64,000 nt of DNA, taken from positions 127,434-191,433 of the IMG/VR virus record IMGVR_UViG_3300027914_001163; one strand, 5' to 3'. The notes under the pieces are model-generated. The model ran no database searches, had not been told where the DNA came from, and worked only from the letters and a program-made list of their open reading frames with translations. Made by a program: the position numbers and the translations under genes. Every line of letters starts with the position of its first letter. The stretch's first letter is position 1. Of the stretch, positions 29,741 to 41,574 are shown in pieces. The stretch comes from a virus. Lineage: Duplodnaviria > Caudoviricetes.

Positions 29741-31342
29741 ATGTTTTATAACGAAGCTTACGAAGAGCGTAAAAAACTCGAAGAAGCGTTGGTACAAAAA
29801 TGGCACAAAGCTCTGGAAGTGAATAACATTTCCGATGAACATACCGCCAGGACAACGGCTATCATACTTGAGAACTATCTTGAGCACCTTGAGGAAACTC
29901 CTCAACTGATAGCAGAAGACCAGATTCAAACCAGCGCATTTACCGGCGTGAACCTTGCTCTGCTCGGCCTTCTCGCTCGTGCTATCCCACAACTCATCGG
30001 TCTCGAACTCTGCGGTGTCCAGGCAATGCCGACCCCTCGTTCCCCGATCTTTACACTCCGTTGGTACAAGTCTGACCATAAAGGTGCGACCGCTGCCAAA
30101 GAAGAAATGTGGGTAAGCCCCATTCCGGCTCAGTACCCTGTTGGTATCGATCCGTACTACACATCTCAACAAATTCGCAACGAAGCATGGACGGTCAGCG
30201 GTGACGATCCAACCACTCTCGTTTGGGCGAATAAAATCAACGCAAAAGGTCTGCGTCCACTCCTGTTCACAGGAACGATGTATGTCCGTTGCTTTGATGC
30301 CTCTGGAAACGTTCTGACAGTTGTTGCTTTTGCTGGCGACCTTAACTCGAACGGAACTTTTCCTATTACCGGTACTCCTTCGGCTGCGTTCGGTGCAAAC
30401 CAGAACATGAAGCTCGAACTCAATGGAACAACCGGGAACAAACAAATCCAGGCTTATGATACCAACGGTGCAACGGCCGCATCTCTGACTGATCTTACAG
30501 TCGGCGGAACATCTGTTGCTTCTGCGATCATAGATTACGAATACAAGGCTGAAGACGAAGGAAGCATTCCTGAAATGACTTTCGAAATCACCCAAGATTA
30601 CGTCGATCTGATCCGTAGGCAATTAAGAGGTAACTATACGCTGGATAGCGCATACGACCTCAAGAAGTTGCATGGCATCGACCTGGAATCGGCTATCATG
30701 GATATGATGAAGCAAGAACTCATGGCTGAAATAAACCGTGAAATTGTAAGCGACCTCAGACTCCTTGCGGCCATTACCAAGACCCTCGACTACAACCTTC
30801 TCCCTGCCGGAAATCCAGGAGTTGCCGGACAAGTATCGGTAAACGCTAACTGGAACGATGCGCAGATCGCTCTCCTCGATGCAATCGAGAAAGTGTGCGC
30901 TGAAATCTGGATTTTGGGAAGGCGTGGATATGGTAACTTCGTGGTTGGTAACCCTTCCACTCTGTCTTTCCTTGACCGTGTTCCTGGCTTCGTCGGTTCC
31001 GGCGTTACTTATAACGGACGTGACCTGTCGTATGCTGGTTCCCTCGGTGGAAAGATAAAGTTCTACCAAGACCCACAGTACCCGAAGAACGAACTGCTGA
31101 TCGGCTACAAAGGCAATTCGGCTATAGATAGCGGATATGTGTATTGCCCATATCTTCCTATCACAGCAACGCCGACTCTGCTTGATCCGATGACTGGTAA
31201 CCCAAAGAAACTGTACTACACCAGGTACGGCAAAACTTTCCAAGATCGTGGAAACAACGGTATGCCAAAGAATCTGATCCTCATGGGCGAATATCAGTAC
31301 GCTCGTCTGACGATAGCGAACATGCCTGTTCTTTTCAGGTAA
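29741..31342 (+). CDS. gp23: Major capsid protein (T4 gp23-like)
   Basis: LVQKW, TAIILEN, GVQAMPTP, YDLKKLHGIDLE, AEINREI, GNFVV, YCPYLP and TRYG motifs. Confidence 0.96.
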   Translation: MFYNEAYEERKKLEEALVQKWHKALEVNNISDEHTARTTAIILENYLEHLEETPQLIAEDQIQTSAFTGVNLALLGLLARAIPQLIGLELCGVQAMPTPRSPIFTLRWYKSDHKGATAAKEEMWVSPIPAQYPVGIDPYYTSQQIRNEAWTVSGDDPTTLVWANKINAKGLRPLLFTGTMYVRCFDASGNVLTVVAFAGDLNSNGTFPITGTPSAAFGANQNMKLELNGTTGNKQIQAYDTNGATAASLTDLTVGGTSVASAIIDYEYKAEDEGSIPEMTFEITQDYVDLIRRQLRGNYTLDSAYDLKKLHGIDLESAIMDMMKQELMAEINREIVSDLRLLAAITKTLDYNLLPAGNPGVAGQVSVNANWNDAQIALLDAIEKVCAEIWILGRRGYGNFVVGNPSTLSFLDRVPGFVGSGVTYNGRDLSYAGSLGGKIKFYQDPQYPKNELLIGYKGNSAIDSGYVYCPYLPITATPTLLDPMTGNPKKLYYTRYGKTFQDRGNNGMPKNLILMGEYQYARLTIANMPVLFR

Positions 31343-31365
31343 GTGATAGACTCTTTGAGACGCAG

Positions 31366-31396
31366 AAAGGGGGTCGCTTGGCGACCCCCTTTTTTT
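31366..31396. terminator. Bidirectional rho-independent terminator after the capsid gene
   Basis: AAAGGGGGTCGC-TTG-GCGACCCCCTTTTTTT between convergent genes. Confidence 0.9.
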
Positions 31397-31400
31397 ATGC

Positions 31401-34400
31401 TTAAATCCCTTTTTCGTTCATGATGTAGTTTATAGCACGGAGCGAATCAAACGATTGCCGGTGAACAACTTGGTACATGTATTTTTTGCTGTATCCAAGG
31501 TGCTCCGCAAGAGATTCCATTCCTCCGTTTTTGTGGGCTTTCTCCAGAATGTTTCTGGTGTAGTAATCTTTCAGAACATCAATGATCATCTCAGCCTGAT
31601 TAAAATTACTAATAGAAAGCCGTTTTACTTTTTCCGTCATAGCGGAAATCCTCCGTATCGGACATCGAGTTTTTGTTTAAGAGCCTTCTTTTCCTTCCGT
31701 GAACGCCCAATCGCAAGGCCGATGTGCCATCCCTTGAAAATATGCCGGATATACACACGCTTGCATTCATCCTGAACTGATTCACGAAATCCCATTTTAA
31801 TCAAGAGTCTTTCATACCATTTTATCATCACTTTTCTCCTTTAGTGTGTTACCTTTAATATATCAATAGTATGATAATTTGTCAACTCATTGTATTAAAA
31901 TTCGTGCAAAAAATTGCACACAAAATCATAAATATCATTTTGAATTATATTTTTGGCTTCATTTATTGAATAACTGTGCTTTGTTTTTATATTCGGTAAA
32001 TGATATTTAATTTTCCAAATAACAACATCTATCCCTGATAAGGAAAGTTTAACTATGGTACACACTCTGATGTTACCGCAATACGCATGACATTCCGTTG
32101 CAGATTGATGTTGTAAACGCAACTCTTTAAGATTTGTCATTGGTAACATCCTTGAGAGGAACATCAAGACCCTTCTCGTTCTTCCCGGTCGTGCGTATCT
32201 TTTCTCCGCCACAACGGTCTGTGTTTAAATGAGGACAGCCATTGCACCCTTGAAGACCCATGAACTGAACGTTCCAACATTCAGCCGTGAGATCACCCTG
32301 CCTGATTGTTTTAACTTGCATGTTTATGCTCCTGTTCTAATTTCTTCATGCATTCTTCACACCATTCCGGCATAGTCGTGTGAAGGATGGCCAGACGAAG
32401 AGACGAATGAGAACATATGGTATGATGCTCCTCGCAGACTGTTGACCAAGGATTTTCATCGTCCAGGTCTGCTTGGGTATTATTATATACCGATATGGTC
32501 GTCCCTGTGATTCTGTTCTTGCGCTGTAAAACGCATCCCGAAAGATTGTTAAAAGAATACTGTTTTTTATTCATGTTTCTCTCCATGATAAATATCATGT
32601 TCCGTCACTGCATCTTGCAAGCACATTGATGCGCCTATGACGTTGTTTAATAAATAATCATCTCCCTCATGTCTTTTTTCTAAATAATCATGCAGGAGAA
32701 TTATTTTATATCGCAGTTGCTCTATTCTTTTTAATTCAGCCTTGGTCAATTTCATCATATGCCCCTATTGGACTTTATAGTTGTGACTTACAAAATCTGC
32801 AAATTCCTTTCCTTTAAGGAACGGCATAATCCATATCTTGCGGTGCTCAGACCACTGCTTGCCGTATGCTTGCATTCTCCAGTGTCCGCTCACAACAAAC
32901 TGTGTTGTTATCTTGTGACGGTGCTGTCTGTCTGCGTCACGAAGGTCAATGAACTGTTGATACGCCTTATCGATAACAATATCATATCCTACTTTGTAAT
33001 ATGATATTCCACTGCGCTTGAGCACTTTACGTATCTTCTTTTTGTTTTTAACTTTAGAAGTATCCTTGGCATCTCCCTTGACAAGAGGAAATTCTTGATT
33101 CTTCGAAGTGATGTACATTACAGCATTCATAGTAAGGAAGAAAATTTCTTTAAAGAATGTCCTCTCATCGTCCTCAGTGTTTTGAGGGATAGTCATTGTA
33201 AGAATTTTCTCCGGCGCAATGTTCATTTCGTAGGCTTTCTCTTGCAGCCTTGAAGGAACAAAAAATTTCTCTAAGAACGTGTTGGCCACTTCCAGAACAT
33301 CTTGCCCAGGTTTTATATACAAATGCCAATAATAATTATACGGCATTCCACGAAGCACGATAAATAAAAACAACGATCTGAAATCGTTAAGCGGATTCTT
33401 GGCGTACTCAACGAACTCAGAATCATATTTGCTGATAATCGAATTGTCCTTCCTGTCGTTGAGGATAACATATATTCCTTCTATTTCGTTTTTCTCAGGG
33501 TCAAGCAATTTGACCTCAGAAGGAATGGATAAGTAGATACAGGGAAACGGAAGATTAACATAGTCAGCAGGAACAGACTTTAATTCTGTATCTGCCAACA
33601 GGTTAATCAGTTGGGGCGATAAGCGATACACTTTCTGATAACTCTTCCGAAACATATAGCCAGTGAATATGTCATTATAAAACGACAGGAATATTCTCTT
33701 CTCTACGGACTTATTGATAATCTCTTCCGTAGTTTTTTTCATTAAAGTTTCGAAGATGGTATTGGTTAAATTATGGCATATGGTATCAGAAGGAGTATCG
33801 GTATTGGCCTTGATTAATTCATCAAAGATCATTTCCAGAGACGGAAACGGCAACTCATGATCAAGGTATTTGAACTTCATACCTTGAAGCATGGTATCGT
33901 ACATTGCCGTCATATTCTCATAATGTATTTTAAACATTTGTTGTTTCATTTTTCTATCGTCCCATCATCATTAAGAATATACCGACCATCTATATCATCA
34001 AGCAAAGCCTTTTTAACATTCAAAGGTTTCATGATATATGTTATAATCTCGGCAATACATCCAACCGGAGTTTTATCACCAAGCATACGATATTCCCGTT
34101 TCTCCATAGGAACATCCTTTTTTCCGTAGCAGACTCGTTTTAAAATAACTGCCATTATATTCCTCTCTTGCCGTCGATGCATTCACTGACATCATAATAA
34201 TAATCGATGAGAGAACGTTCGTACATGCTTCCGTATTCAGCACGTACATTCATTTCGCAGTTAAGAATTAGTTTGCATCCAAAGCCTCCATCATTGATAT
34301 AGGGCTTCAGATTGTCCTTGGAAATTTCAAAATCCTTCTTGAGCCACGTTTCGCTCATTTTATGATGGCCATGACTGCCATCCCATAATTCCACAAGGAC

Positions 34401-35854
34401 TTCTCCACGAAGAATATATCCAGTGTGAGAAAGAGTGACGCTCGGTTCAGGTTTTATAATGTTCATCATCAGTTTCCTCCCTTAGTGTACTGTGCGTGTT
34501 TGATCGCAATCAAGTTGCTGTTTATACAACTTGACAGCCATTTCGGGCGTGTTGCCTATAAGAAATTGCTGTCGGAAAAATAAAGCAACGTTTAAATCGC
34601 ATGGATCAACGTTGTTTTCAAAACACAATCGAACAGCCTCTCTTATAAATTTTGTTTCTTTCTCTTGATCTTGATTCATAACGCTTTCCTATTGTAAAAA
34701 ATATTTTCCAATGTTTGTGCGCTTTCCCTGCAATCATTTATATACTCTTCAAATGCTTTTTTTGCCTCATTACATGCAATGGTAAACGTTTCATACTCTC
34801 CTATGCATGAGGTCTGTTTGTGATTGTAATCATATACATATAATTCCCATCGCCCTAATCTGGATAAGCACGTCCAATATATATGAAGTAATTTATCTTC
34901 TGAATGCCAATGAGAATGGCCAGAAAAATTATCATCTTTAATCCAGACTATATTGCCGATGGTTCGCTTCATATCTCTATCCCGAAGTGCAAAAGGACTT
35001 GCTGATAATCATTGCCGATCTTTATGCGATCAAAATCATCGCACACTTTATCCTCAGAGGCAAAATGCATGATGATAAATCTTGCTTCCTCGTCGTGATC
35101 ATCTCTCCAGTGGCATTCACGTTTTTCCACTTCCTTGTAATCAATCCACAACTCCAGACGTTCGCCGGTTTGCTTGTTGAGAATTTTTTCCCAGTGAGGA
35201 CATACATCGTTGTGCCATGAACAATCCTCAAAGCCTTCAGGTATTTGAACATCGAGAACGTAATCTGGAAATTCTTCTTTATATCCCATGACTATGCCTC
35301 CCTGATGCATTTAGTCGATACGCCAATGTAGCCCCTTTCACGAGAGACAATGACTTTCATTTTGACAGTCGGTATAATGTCGATCATAAAAGAAATCGGA
35401 CGCTTTTTAAATTTCGAAAGTTTGTATTCCGAAAAGTGCTTCTTGATTACAGCTTCATAATCTTTAAAGTCTTCATATTCCTGTTCGTCCTGCCATCTTT
35501 CCCACAGGCCGATCAGAAAAAGTGATGTCTTTTCAGAAAGAACTTTGTCACTTGCTTTCTTCCATATTTCTTTCGCTGTCATGATATTCTCCTTATAAGT
35601 TATTTCACCAAAGCCAATCATTATGATTGGTCTTTGTTTTCATGGAGAACAGCTATCAACTCGGAAGGGTTGTGGCCAGAAGAGCCACTGGTGCGGTAGA
35701 CATGGATTACATCATCTCCGTTTTCATCAACGGAGCATTCAGCACGAACGCCAATGTGCCATCCACGGATATGTCCGGTAAGGCCGGAAGAGGGAGTTCC
35801 CATTCTGGTGGCTTCTCCACGGTTTCCTTGAATAGAAGCATAGAATCTTGCCAT
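31401..35854 (-). CDS. Block of ~13 small or medium early-type hypothetical genes: 31401-31640, 31637-31831, 31895-32140, 32127-32321, 32311-32598, 32567-32758, 32765-33949, 33946-34155, 34155-34469, 34482-34679, 34676-34972, 34969-35289, 35292-35582, 35621-35854
   Basis: Overlapping co-oriented ORFs with GGAG RBSs downstream of two conserved promoters. 32765-33949 ends in VSGHWRMQAYG...WIMPF.KG, a motif common in phage hypotheticals. Confidence 0.6.
31857..31910 (-). promoter_or_regulatory. Conserved early promoter, copy 1
   Basis: TTTGCACGAA-N15-TTGACA-AATTATCATACT..(17 bp)-TATATT on the minus strand. Confidence 0.8.
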
Positions 35855-35881
35855 GTGACATCCTCCTTATCATCTGAAATC

Positions 35882-35936
35882 AAGGTACAATAAGTATGAT
35901 AATTTGTCAACTTTTTTTCTAAAAAATTCGTGCAAA
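35882..35936 (-). promoter_or_regulatory. Conserved early promoter, copy 2
   Basis: TTTGCACGAA-N16-TTGACA-AATTATCATACT..(17 bp)-TACCTT. Confidence 0.8.
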
Positions 35937-36044
35937 AAATTCCTTACAAAACTATAGACCAAAATAGCATCTTATAATCGTTTTTTTGCTAACTTTTATT
36001 TCTTTCCTTTAAATATAATTACAGTACATTTTTGAGGTAGATAC

Positions 36045-36452
36045 ATGCCTAAACCATCATCCCTTTTAAAAACGATTCTCAACAATAACTTGGTAACGCT
36101 TATTCCAATTATCGTAGCTTTAGTTTATGTTATTGGGAACAACAGCACAACAAAATATCGCATGGATAAACTTGAAGCCTCCAGGCCAGAGTCAAAGCAA
36201 CTGGAAGAACTGACTTCCAAAGTTAACAATTTTATTTCCGTCCAAGAAAGAATCAATGATGTTCTTTTAAATTTTGTATCTAAACGAGGACACGCATCAT
36301 ATCGTGAGTTGTCAGCAGTAAAACGAGATGAAGTATACGCAGCCGAAAAAGTAAATGATCCAACCAAGCAAGTTGACCAAGTGTATGGAGATCAGGCAAA
36401 TAAACTTTTACAAACAATCAAAGAACAAAAAACAGAAGAAGCAAAAAAATAG
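36045..36452 (+). CDS. Single-TM coiled-coil hypothetical protein
   Basis: LVTLIPIIVALVYVIG segment; GAGG RBS. Confidence 0.6.
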   Translation: MPKPSSLLKTILNNNLVTLIPIIVALVYVIGNNSTTKYRMDKLEASRPESKQLEELTSKVNNFISVQERINDVLLNFVSKRGHASYRELSAVKRDEVYAAEKVNDPTKQVDQVYGDQANKLLQTIKEQKTEEAKK

Positions 36453-36466
36453 GATAAAAAATAATT

Positions 36467-37240
36467 ATGGCATACTATATAAACCAAGATGCTAATGATT
36501 CTTTTTACGATAACAAGTATACAGTTTTAAAAAACTATATACTGTTAAACTTGGGTTACCCTTTGGTAAGGGTAGAACTAACAGAACAGCATCTTTTAAC
36601 AGCAATTATCGATGCGCTTACAATGTATCATCGATACGCAACTGTCGATTATAATATGGTATCTGTAAATGTAACATCCAATCCATTTCCTATACCCAAC
36701 GGAATTAATAAAGAACTTATCGTAGATATTATTTTTCCTGCAACTTTCTTTGACAGCCTCGGCTCCGGTATTGCAGCCGGTGGATTCGTTGGAGAATTTG
36801 AAGGATCGGTTATTCCAATTTTTAATCAGCAAGGCATATTAAACATTTTTACTCAATTCAACCTTCCAGTGTATTACGCATATTTACAAAGACTGGAAGA
36901 CATCAAAAAAATTGTTGGTATTGAAAAGATGTGGGAGGTTGTTAATAACCAAATACATCTCTTTCCGATCAACCAGGCATTTGATTATGTTGGCATTTTA
37001 ACAAAAGGCCAACTCACTGAAGATGAAGCCGAAGAACAAATCTGGATTAAAAAGTATGCATTGGCCAGAGCAAAGATGATGCTCGGTACAGTCAGAAGTA
37101 AATTCAGCGGTGTGAACTCTGCCGGTAATAACTTGGCAGCCGATGGTGAATCTCTTAAATCAGAAGCCAAAGAAGAAATTGAAAAACTTGAAACACAACT
37201 GTATGGTATGCAAAGACCGCTTCCAATAATGCAACATTAA
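36467..37240 (+). CDS. gp13: Neck protein (T4 gp13-like)
   Basis: YILLNLGYPLVRVEL..QH...AIIDAL; WIKKYALARAKMMLGTVRSKF; DGESLKSEAKEEIEKLE. Confidence 0.85.
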   Translation: MAYYINQDANDSFYDNKYTVLKNYILLNLGYPLVRVELTEQHLLTAIIDALTMYHRYATVDYNMVSVNVTSNPFPIPNGINKELIVDIIFPATFFDSLGSGIAAGGFVGEFEGSVIPIFNQQGILNIFTQFNLPVYYAYLQRLEDIKKIVGIEKMWEVVNNQIHLFPINQAFDYVGILTKGQLTEDEAEEQIWIKKYALARAKMMLGTVRSKFSGVNSAGNNLAADGESLKSEAKEEIEKLETQLYGMQRPLPIMQH

Positions 37241-37251
37241 AAGGAATAACT

Positions 37252-39306
37252 ATGCTGGAAAAATTTTATCTGGACATTCTCGAAGACACACTCAAGAAGC
37301 ACAAAGATTTTACATCATACAAAGAAGAACTCGAAGCGAAATCAAAAACATTCGAGCAATGTATAGATTTGTTGTTCGATGGAAATCCTGCCAAAGAATT
37401 TTTTGAGGCTGATAAAAAACAACCAACTCCAAATAAACCTGTTAAACCGGAAACAAAAACTACTACTCCAAAAGAAGCTCCGACTCCAAAGCAACCGGCA
37501 AAGAAAGAAGCACAGACTCAAGATAAGCCAGCGGATACTCAACAACCAACACCCGAAATTCCAGAGACGGCAAAACATGTTATTGCTCTGTCGGCTGAAT
37601 TCTCAACACAGGCAGTGCTTTTCAGTTATATGACTTCCGGCGTTGCCAGGTGGTATAATAGACCGGAAACTCAAAAAGCATTTAAAGCAGGAGCCGGTGG
37701 AAAAAGAGGAGTTCGTCTTGCTGATAAGGCATTGCTTGATCTTTTAAAACAAGGAGAAGGAATAGGTTCAACAAAAGACTCTAAACCCGTTCCGTATGAA
37801 AAAATTTACAGCATAAAACTCAATGATGATAATACGTCTTTGCAAAACAAAATAGCCGCCTTTATGTTTCAGACAGATCAATATGGAATAAAAGATATTG
37901 TAGATGCAGAAACAGTGCCAGAGGTTAAACAAAAATACCTGGACGAAGCATATAAGCATATAATATCTTTAATGGCATCCAACCTAACAACCGAAGCCAC
38001 GTTCAAATCATTCATGAGTAAATTTATAATGTCACATGGAGACGAAGCTGCTAATCTGTATAAGGCTCAAATAAAAAATAACGGCATTGACAAACCAGAA
38101 GATCAGCAAAACATTTTTGGATTATTTGTTGATCACTTTCCCCAAGCGAAAAAATTTGAATCATTTCAAACAGGCGATGCGACTCATGCCACGTCAACGC
38201 CATATAACGTTTTCCAAATGTTAGGTGAGGCAGGAGTTCTCGAAGATATTATGAATACGATGCACAACGCTTTTGCGAAATCAAGTGCGTCATTAAATCA
38301 AAAACTTCAAGAAGCTGCAAACAATGTATTCAAAAAATATCAGCGTATCAATCCACCGTCACAACAAATCGGCGTTGGACAAAACGAAGAGGTTGATGGG
38401 ATTATTGATGCTATAGCCTTTAAGACAAATAATAACAGGAGACATTATGACAAGGAAGAAATCTACCAATTATATATCGAAGCTAATCAAAAAAATATCC
38501 CGTTTAAGCCGAGCAATCAGCCAGTTGCTTCCAGTGGTAAAGTTAATACGCAAATTCCTCGAATGACACCAAATGCCATAAAGCAAAACGTGACATCTCA
38601 AAAAACTCCTGAACCACAAAAGCCAATGGAGCAAAAACCTGAACCTCCCAAAGCACCAGACACCCAGGCCCCGGAAGATACTCAGGCGCAAACATATAAG
38701 CCGGGAGTGTTTCAGCCATCTCAAACTGAAGCCATGCGCCAAGCAGTCATAATGACTTTTGTTGGACTGATGGCAGTTTCTTTGAAATCTCTTCAGAAAG
38801 TTACCAAGTCCGCAATGGCCGGTATGCTTGAGGAAGTATCTTATGAAGAAGGATTGCTTTCTGGAATACACAAGACCGTTGATAGCATTGCCGGTTCCGC
38901 TGCTCAATGGATTAAACAGTTCAGTGGATTTTCAGCCGACTTTACAAAATACAACGATCCCCAGGCATTTCAAAAGATCATGCAGTTCATTGTTAACAAG
39001 AGTAACACCGGTTCTTTACAATCACTGTTAAAAGGTTTTAACTTCGATCAGATACTTAATAATTTTGATGATCGTATTTTCAATCCAGAGAAGTTAAAAG
39101 ATAAAGGTGTCCAGGCAAAATTGAAATCTCCTGAACTCCTCAACAATCTTGAATCCGAAATTACAGCCAACCTTCAATCTATCACAACTCAAGATTTACA
39201 GAAGATGATTGAAACTGCTTTTAACGCCAACGCCTCTCCTGAACTTCGCCGTGCCAGGAAGATTGTCGGCGCAGTAAAAAGTATTGGCGATAAGTTGAAG
39301 GTATAA
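37252..39306 (+). CDS. Large virion-associated hypothetical protein
   Basis: 684 aa between the neck genes; Pro/Gln/Lys linkers follow FFE/A and MLE/E-type sites. Confidence 0.55.
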   Translation: MLEKFYLDILEDTLKKHKDFTSYKEELEAKSKTFEQCIDLLFDGNPAKEFFEADKKQPTPNKPVKPETKTTTPKEAPTPKQPAKKEAQTQDKPADTQQPTPEIPETAKHVIALSAEFSTQAVLFSYMTSGVARWYNRPETQKAFKAGAGGKRGVRLADKALLDLLKQGEGIGSTKDSKPVPYEKIYSIKLNDDNTSLQNKIAAFMFQTDQYGIKDIVDAETVPEVKQKYLDEAYKHIISLMASNLTTEATFKSFMSKFIMSHGDEAANLYKAQIKNNGIDKPEDQQNIFGLFVDHFPQAKKFESFQTGDATHATSTPYNVFQMLGEAGVLEDIMNTMHNAFAKSSASLNQKLQEAANNVFKKYQRINPPSQQIGVGQNEEVDGIIDAIAFKTNNNRRHYDKEEIYQLYIEANQKNIPFKPSNQPVASSGKVNTQIPRMTPNAIKQNVTSQKTPEPQKPMEQKPEPPKAPDTQAPEDTQAQTYKPGVFQPSQTEAMRQAVIMTFVGLMAVSLKSLQKVTKSAMAGMLEEVSYEEGLLSGIHKTVDSIAGSAAQWIKQFSGFSADFTKYNDPQAFQKIMQFIVNKSNTGSLQSLLKGFNFDQILNNFDDRIFNPEKLKDKGVQAKLKSPELLNNLESEITANLQSITTQDLQKMIETAFNANASPELRRARKIVGAVKSIGDKLKV

Positions 39307-39308
39307 CA

Positions 39309-39848
39309 ATGTACCGCAGACCAAACACAGTTAAAGTTTTCGAACCAAAAAACCCTGAGTATGCTTTGTGCAGCTCATTGACTTCTGAATTCATTGAAGC
39401 ACAATCTCCGTTGTGCATGTGGTGGAGTTTAAATAGAGCCACTACCAACGCCTCTCAAGATGAACTCGATCAAGTATATGGAGAACGTGGAAGCGGAGAT
39501 AGAAAATTCAAATTCAAAAAACCAAACAGAATATATCTCTATCTTGAAATTAATCCAATCATGATAGAGTTAACACGACTCGGTATAGAACAAATAGAAG
39601 AAATCACAGGTGTTATCAATGTTGATGATTTTCTTCAAAGAAATTTTTGTGATCCTCAACCTGGAGATATTTTTCGTATTAGTTATATAATAAGCGAACA
39701 GAAATACCGCAATGTTTTTTATACTCTGAGTTCACTTGTCCCGTTTGATATGTTCAATATGCAATATATCAATTGGCATCTCTATGCGGAACAAACACCA
39801 ATGCAAGAAGTGCCTGACGAAATCACAAGTTTTATAGACTACCTGTGA
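39309..39848 (+). CDS. Neck / head-completion protein (T4 gp14-like)
   Basis: LDQVYGE, ELTRLGI and PQPGDIF motifs; position in the neck module. Confidence 0.7.
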   Translation: MYRRPNTVKVFEPKNPEYALCSSLTSEFIEAQSPLCMWWSLNRATTNASQDELDQVYGERGSGDRKFKFKKPNRIYLYLEINPIMIELTRLGIEQIEEITGVINVDDFLQRNFCDPQPGDIFRISYIISEQKYRNVFYTLSSLVPFDMFNMQYINWHLYAEQTPMQEVPDEITSFIDYL

Positions 39849-39855
39849 GGTCATC

Positions 39856-41019
39856 ATGTTTAATATCTATCTTGAATATCTTTATACAGAAGCAAAAGAA
39901 GCTATCATCAAACGTATGCCTTGGACTGATGAGCAAAAACAAGAAGTCCAAGAACTCGTTGATAAATATCCTCAGAAAGCCAGTAAAATAAATTGGCAGG
40001 ATAAAGAATTAAAAGCCGAAGATGCCTTGGCCATTCTTAAAGAAGAAAGTAAAAAGGATGTCAAAAAACAAATTCGAAAAGGTGTGACTGGCCTGGTGGA
40101 AGGGACTGACTATCTTGAATTCGACCCTCCAGAAGACGCACCGGCTGGCCTGAGAATTTTTGCGCCGTTACATCACAAAGCATCTTGTGCGCTTGGCCGT
40201 GGTTCTAAGTGGTGTACCACAATGGAGAACAACGCTACTCATTGGAACAGTTATACCAACAGGCAAGGACGAGCCTTTTTCTATATACATAATCCAGAAA
40301 GTAAAAATCCAGAATTGAGACTCATAGCAGTCGCAGTCGGAAAACGAATTCAACCTGGTAGTGGTGATCCAATAAATTATTATGATGCCAACGACAAAGG
40401 TATCACACAATATAAAGTGGCAAAGGAAACTCGTATCCCATATAGTTGGTTCATTGAACATTATGAAAACGTAAGAAGCATAATGCGGGAGAAACATACA
40501 ATGATTCTTCGCCAACAAAAAGAATTGGAAGCACGGCGTTGGCAATATTCTAATGCGGAAGAATTGAGAAACATAATTGAGTATATGCAAAACAACGACT
40601 ATTTAGGAATAGGAAACTATACCATCAATTCAAATTTGGAAGTGGTCATTGAAGGTGGAATAACCTTTGGACCGATCGTAAAGAAATTCAGAAAGTTGCC
40701 TTTTAAAATAGCCAGCGTTGCCGGTCCAATGTATTGTAACGGAGTTGGCTTATCATCGTGGGAGGGATTCCCCTCCAAGGTAACCGGAGACCTCATAGTA
40801 TCCAGAAACAATTTTAAAACTCTGGAAGGATGCCCCAAGTATATAGGTGGAGATTTCAATATCAATTTCAACAAGTTAACCACGTTGTCCAATGGTCCTG
40901 AAGTCGTTGAAGGCAAAACGTATATATCACAAAATCCTTTAACAAAGGAAACTTTAGAAAATTTAGATCGTAAGAAGTTATTTAAGAATGAATTTTTTTC
41001 TCACAATAAACAAGCATAA
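39856..41019 (+). CDS. WCT family paralog 4 with C-terminal LRR-like repeats
   Basis: MFNIYLEYLYTE/AKEAIIKRMPW; GRGSKWCTTM; repeats LSSWEGFPSKVTGDL / FKTLEGCPKYIGGDF / LTTLSNGPEVVEG. Confidence 0.75.
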   Translation: MFNIYLEYLYTEAKEAIIKRMPWTDEQKQEVQELVDKYPQKASKINWQDKELKAEDALAILKEESKKDVKKQIRKGVTGLVEGTDYLEFDPPEDAPAGLRIFAPLHHKASCALGRGSKWCTTMENNATHWNSYTNRQGRAFFYIHNPESKNPELRLIAVAVGKRIQPGSGDPINYYDANDKGITQYKVAKETRIPYSWFIEHYENVRSIMREKHTMILRQQKELEARRWQYSNAEELRNIIEYMQNNDYLGIGNYTINSNLEVVIEGGITFGPIVKKFRKLPFKIASVAGPMYCNGVGLSSWEGFPSKVTGDLIVSRNNFKTLEGCPKYIGGDFNINFNKLTTLSNGPEVVEGKTYISQNPLTKETLENLDRKKLFKNEFFSHNKQA

Positions 41020-41065
41020 CGTAATATATAGCATAGCAAAATAATCACAAGGAGAATTATACAAT

Positions 41066-41572
41066 ATGAAGATTCAAAAAGACAAGATAATCGCAGCTTT
41101 TAACGATGTTCTTGAAGGCAAGAGGAGCCGTTTTGCTCAAGTCTATTTCGAAGACGACAAGAAAGAAGACAAGGGCGAAGGTAAATTTCCTGAAACGAAA
41201 CTCCCTGAACCTCCTGAAACGAAACCGGAAAAAGAAGACGAATCTGGCAAAGACTCTCAAGACAAGGCTGATGATGTCCTGGCAAAACTCGATCTTCAAT
41301 CTCTGGACAACAAAGCGAAGGTTGAATTGATTTCTTCTGTTATCGACGTTCTGCAAGACAGCGTTGAAAACGACGACGAATTTTCCGAATACATGAACCA
41401 AATTCTCGACATCGTAAACGGTTACAAATTCGAGAAAGGTGAAAAAGAGGAAGAAGGCGGCGAAGAAGGAAAAGAAAAGAAACCAAAAAAGAAAGAGAAA
41501 GAAGAAAAGGAACCCAAAGAAGAAAAGGGCGGGATGGAAATCGATCTCGGTGAAGAACCTCCGAAGGAATAA
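41066..41572 (+). CDS. Highly acidic Glu/Lys-rich protein, possible core protein
   Basis: FAQVYFE/D site; low-complexity E/K tracts. Confidence 0.55.
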   Translation: MKIQKDKIIAAFNDVLEGKRSRFAQVYFEDDKKEDKGEGKFPETKLPEPPETKPEKEDESGKDSQDKADDVLAKLDLQSLDNKAKVELISSVIDVLQDSVENDDEFSEYMNQILDIVNGYKFEKGEKEEEGGEEGKEKKPKKKEKEEKEPKEEKGGMEIDLGEEPPKE

Positions 41573-41574
41573 TT

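Noticed and set aside
28766-30622. 618-aa ORF on the minus strand
   Set aside because: It is the antisense shadow of the scaffold and capsid genes. It is Phe-rich from reversed GAA/AAA codons and has no RBS or motifs.
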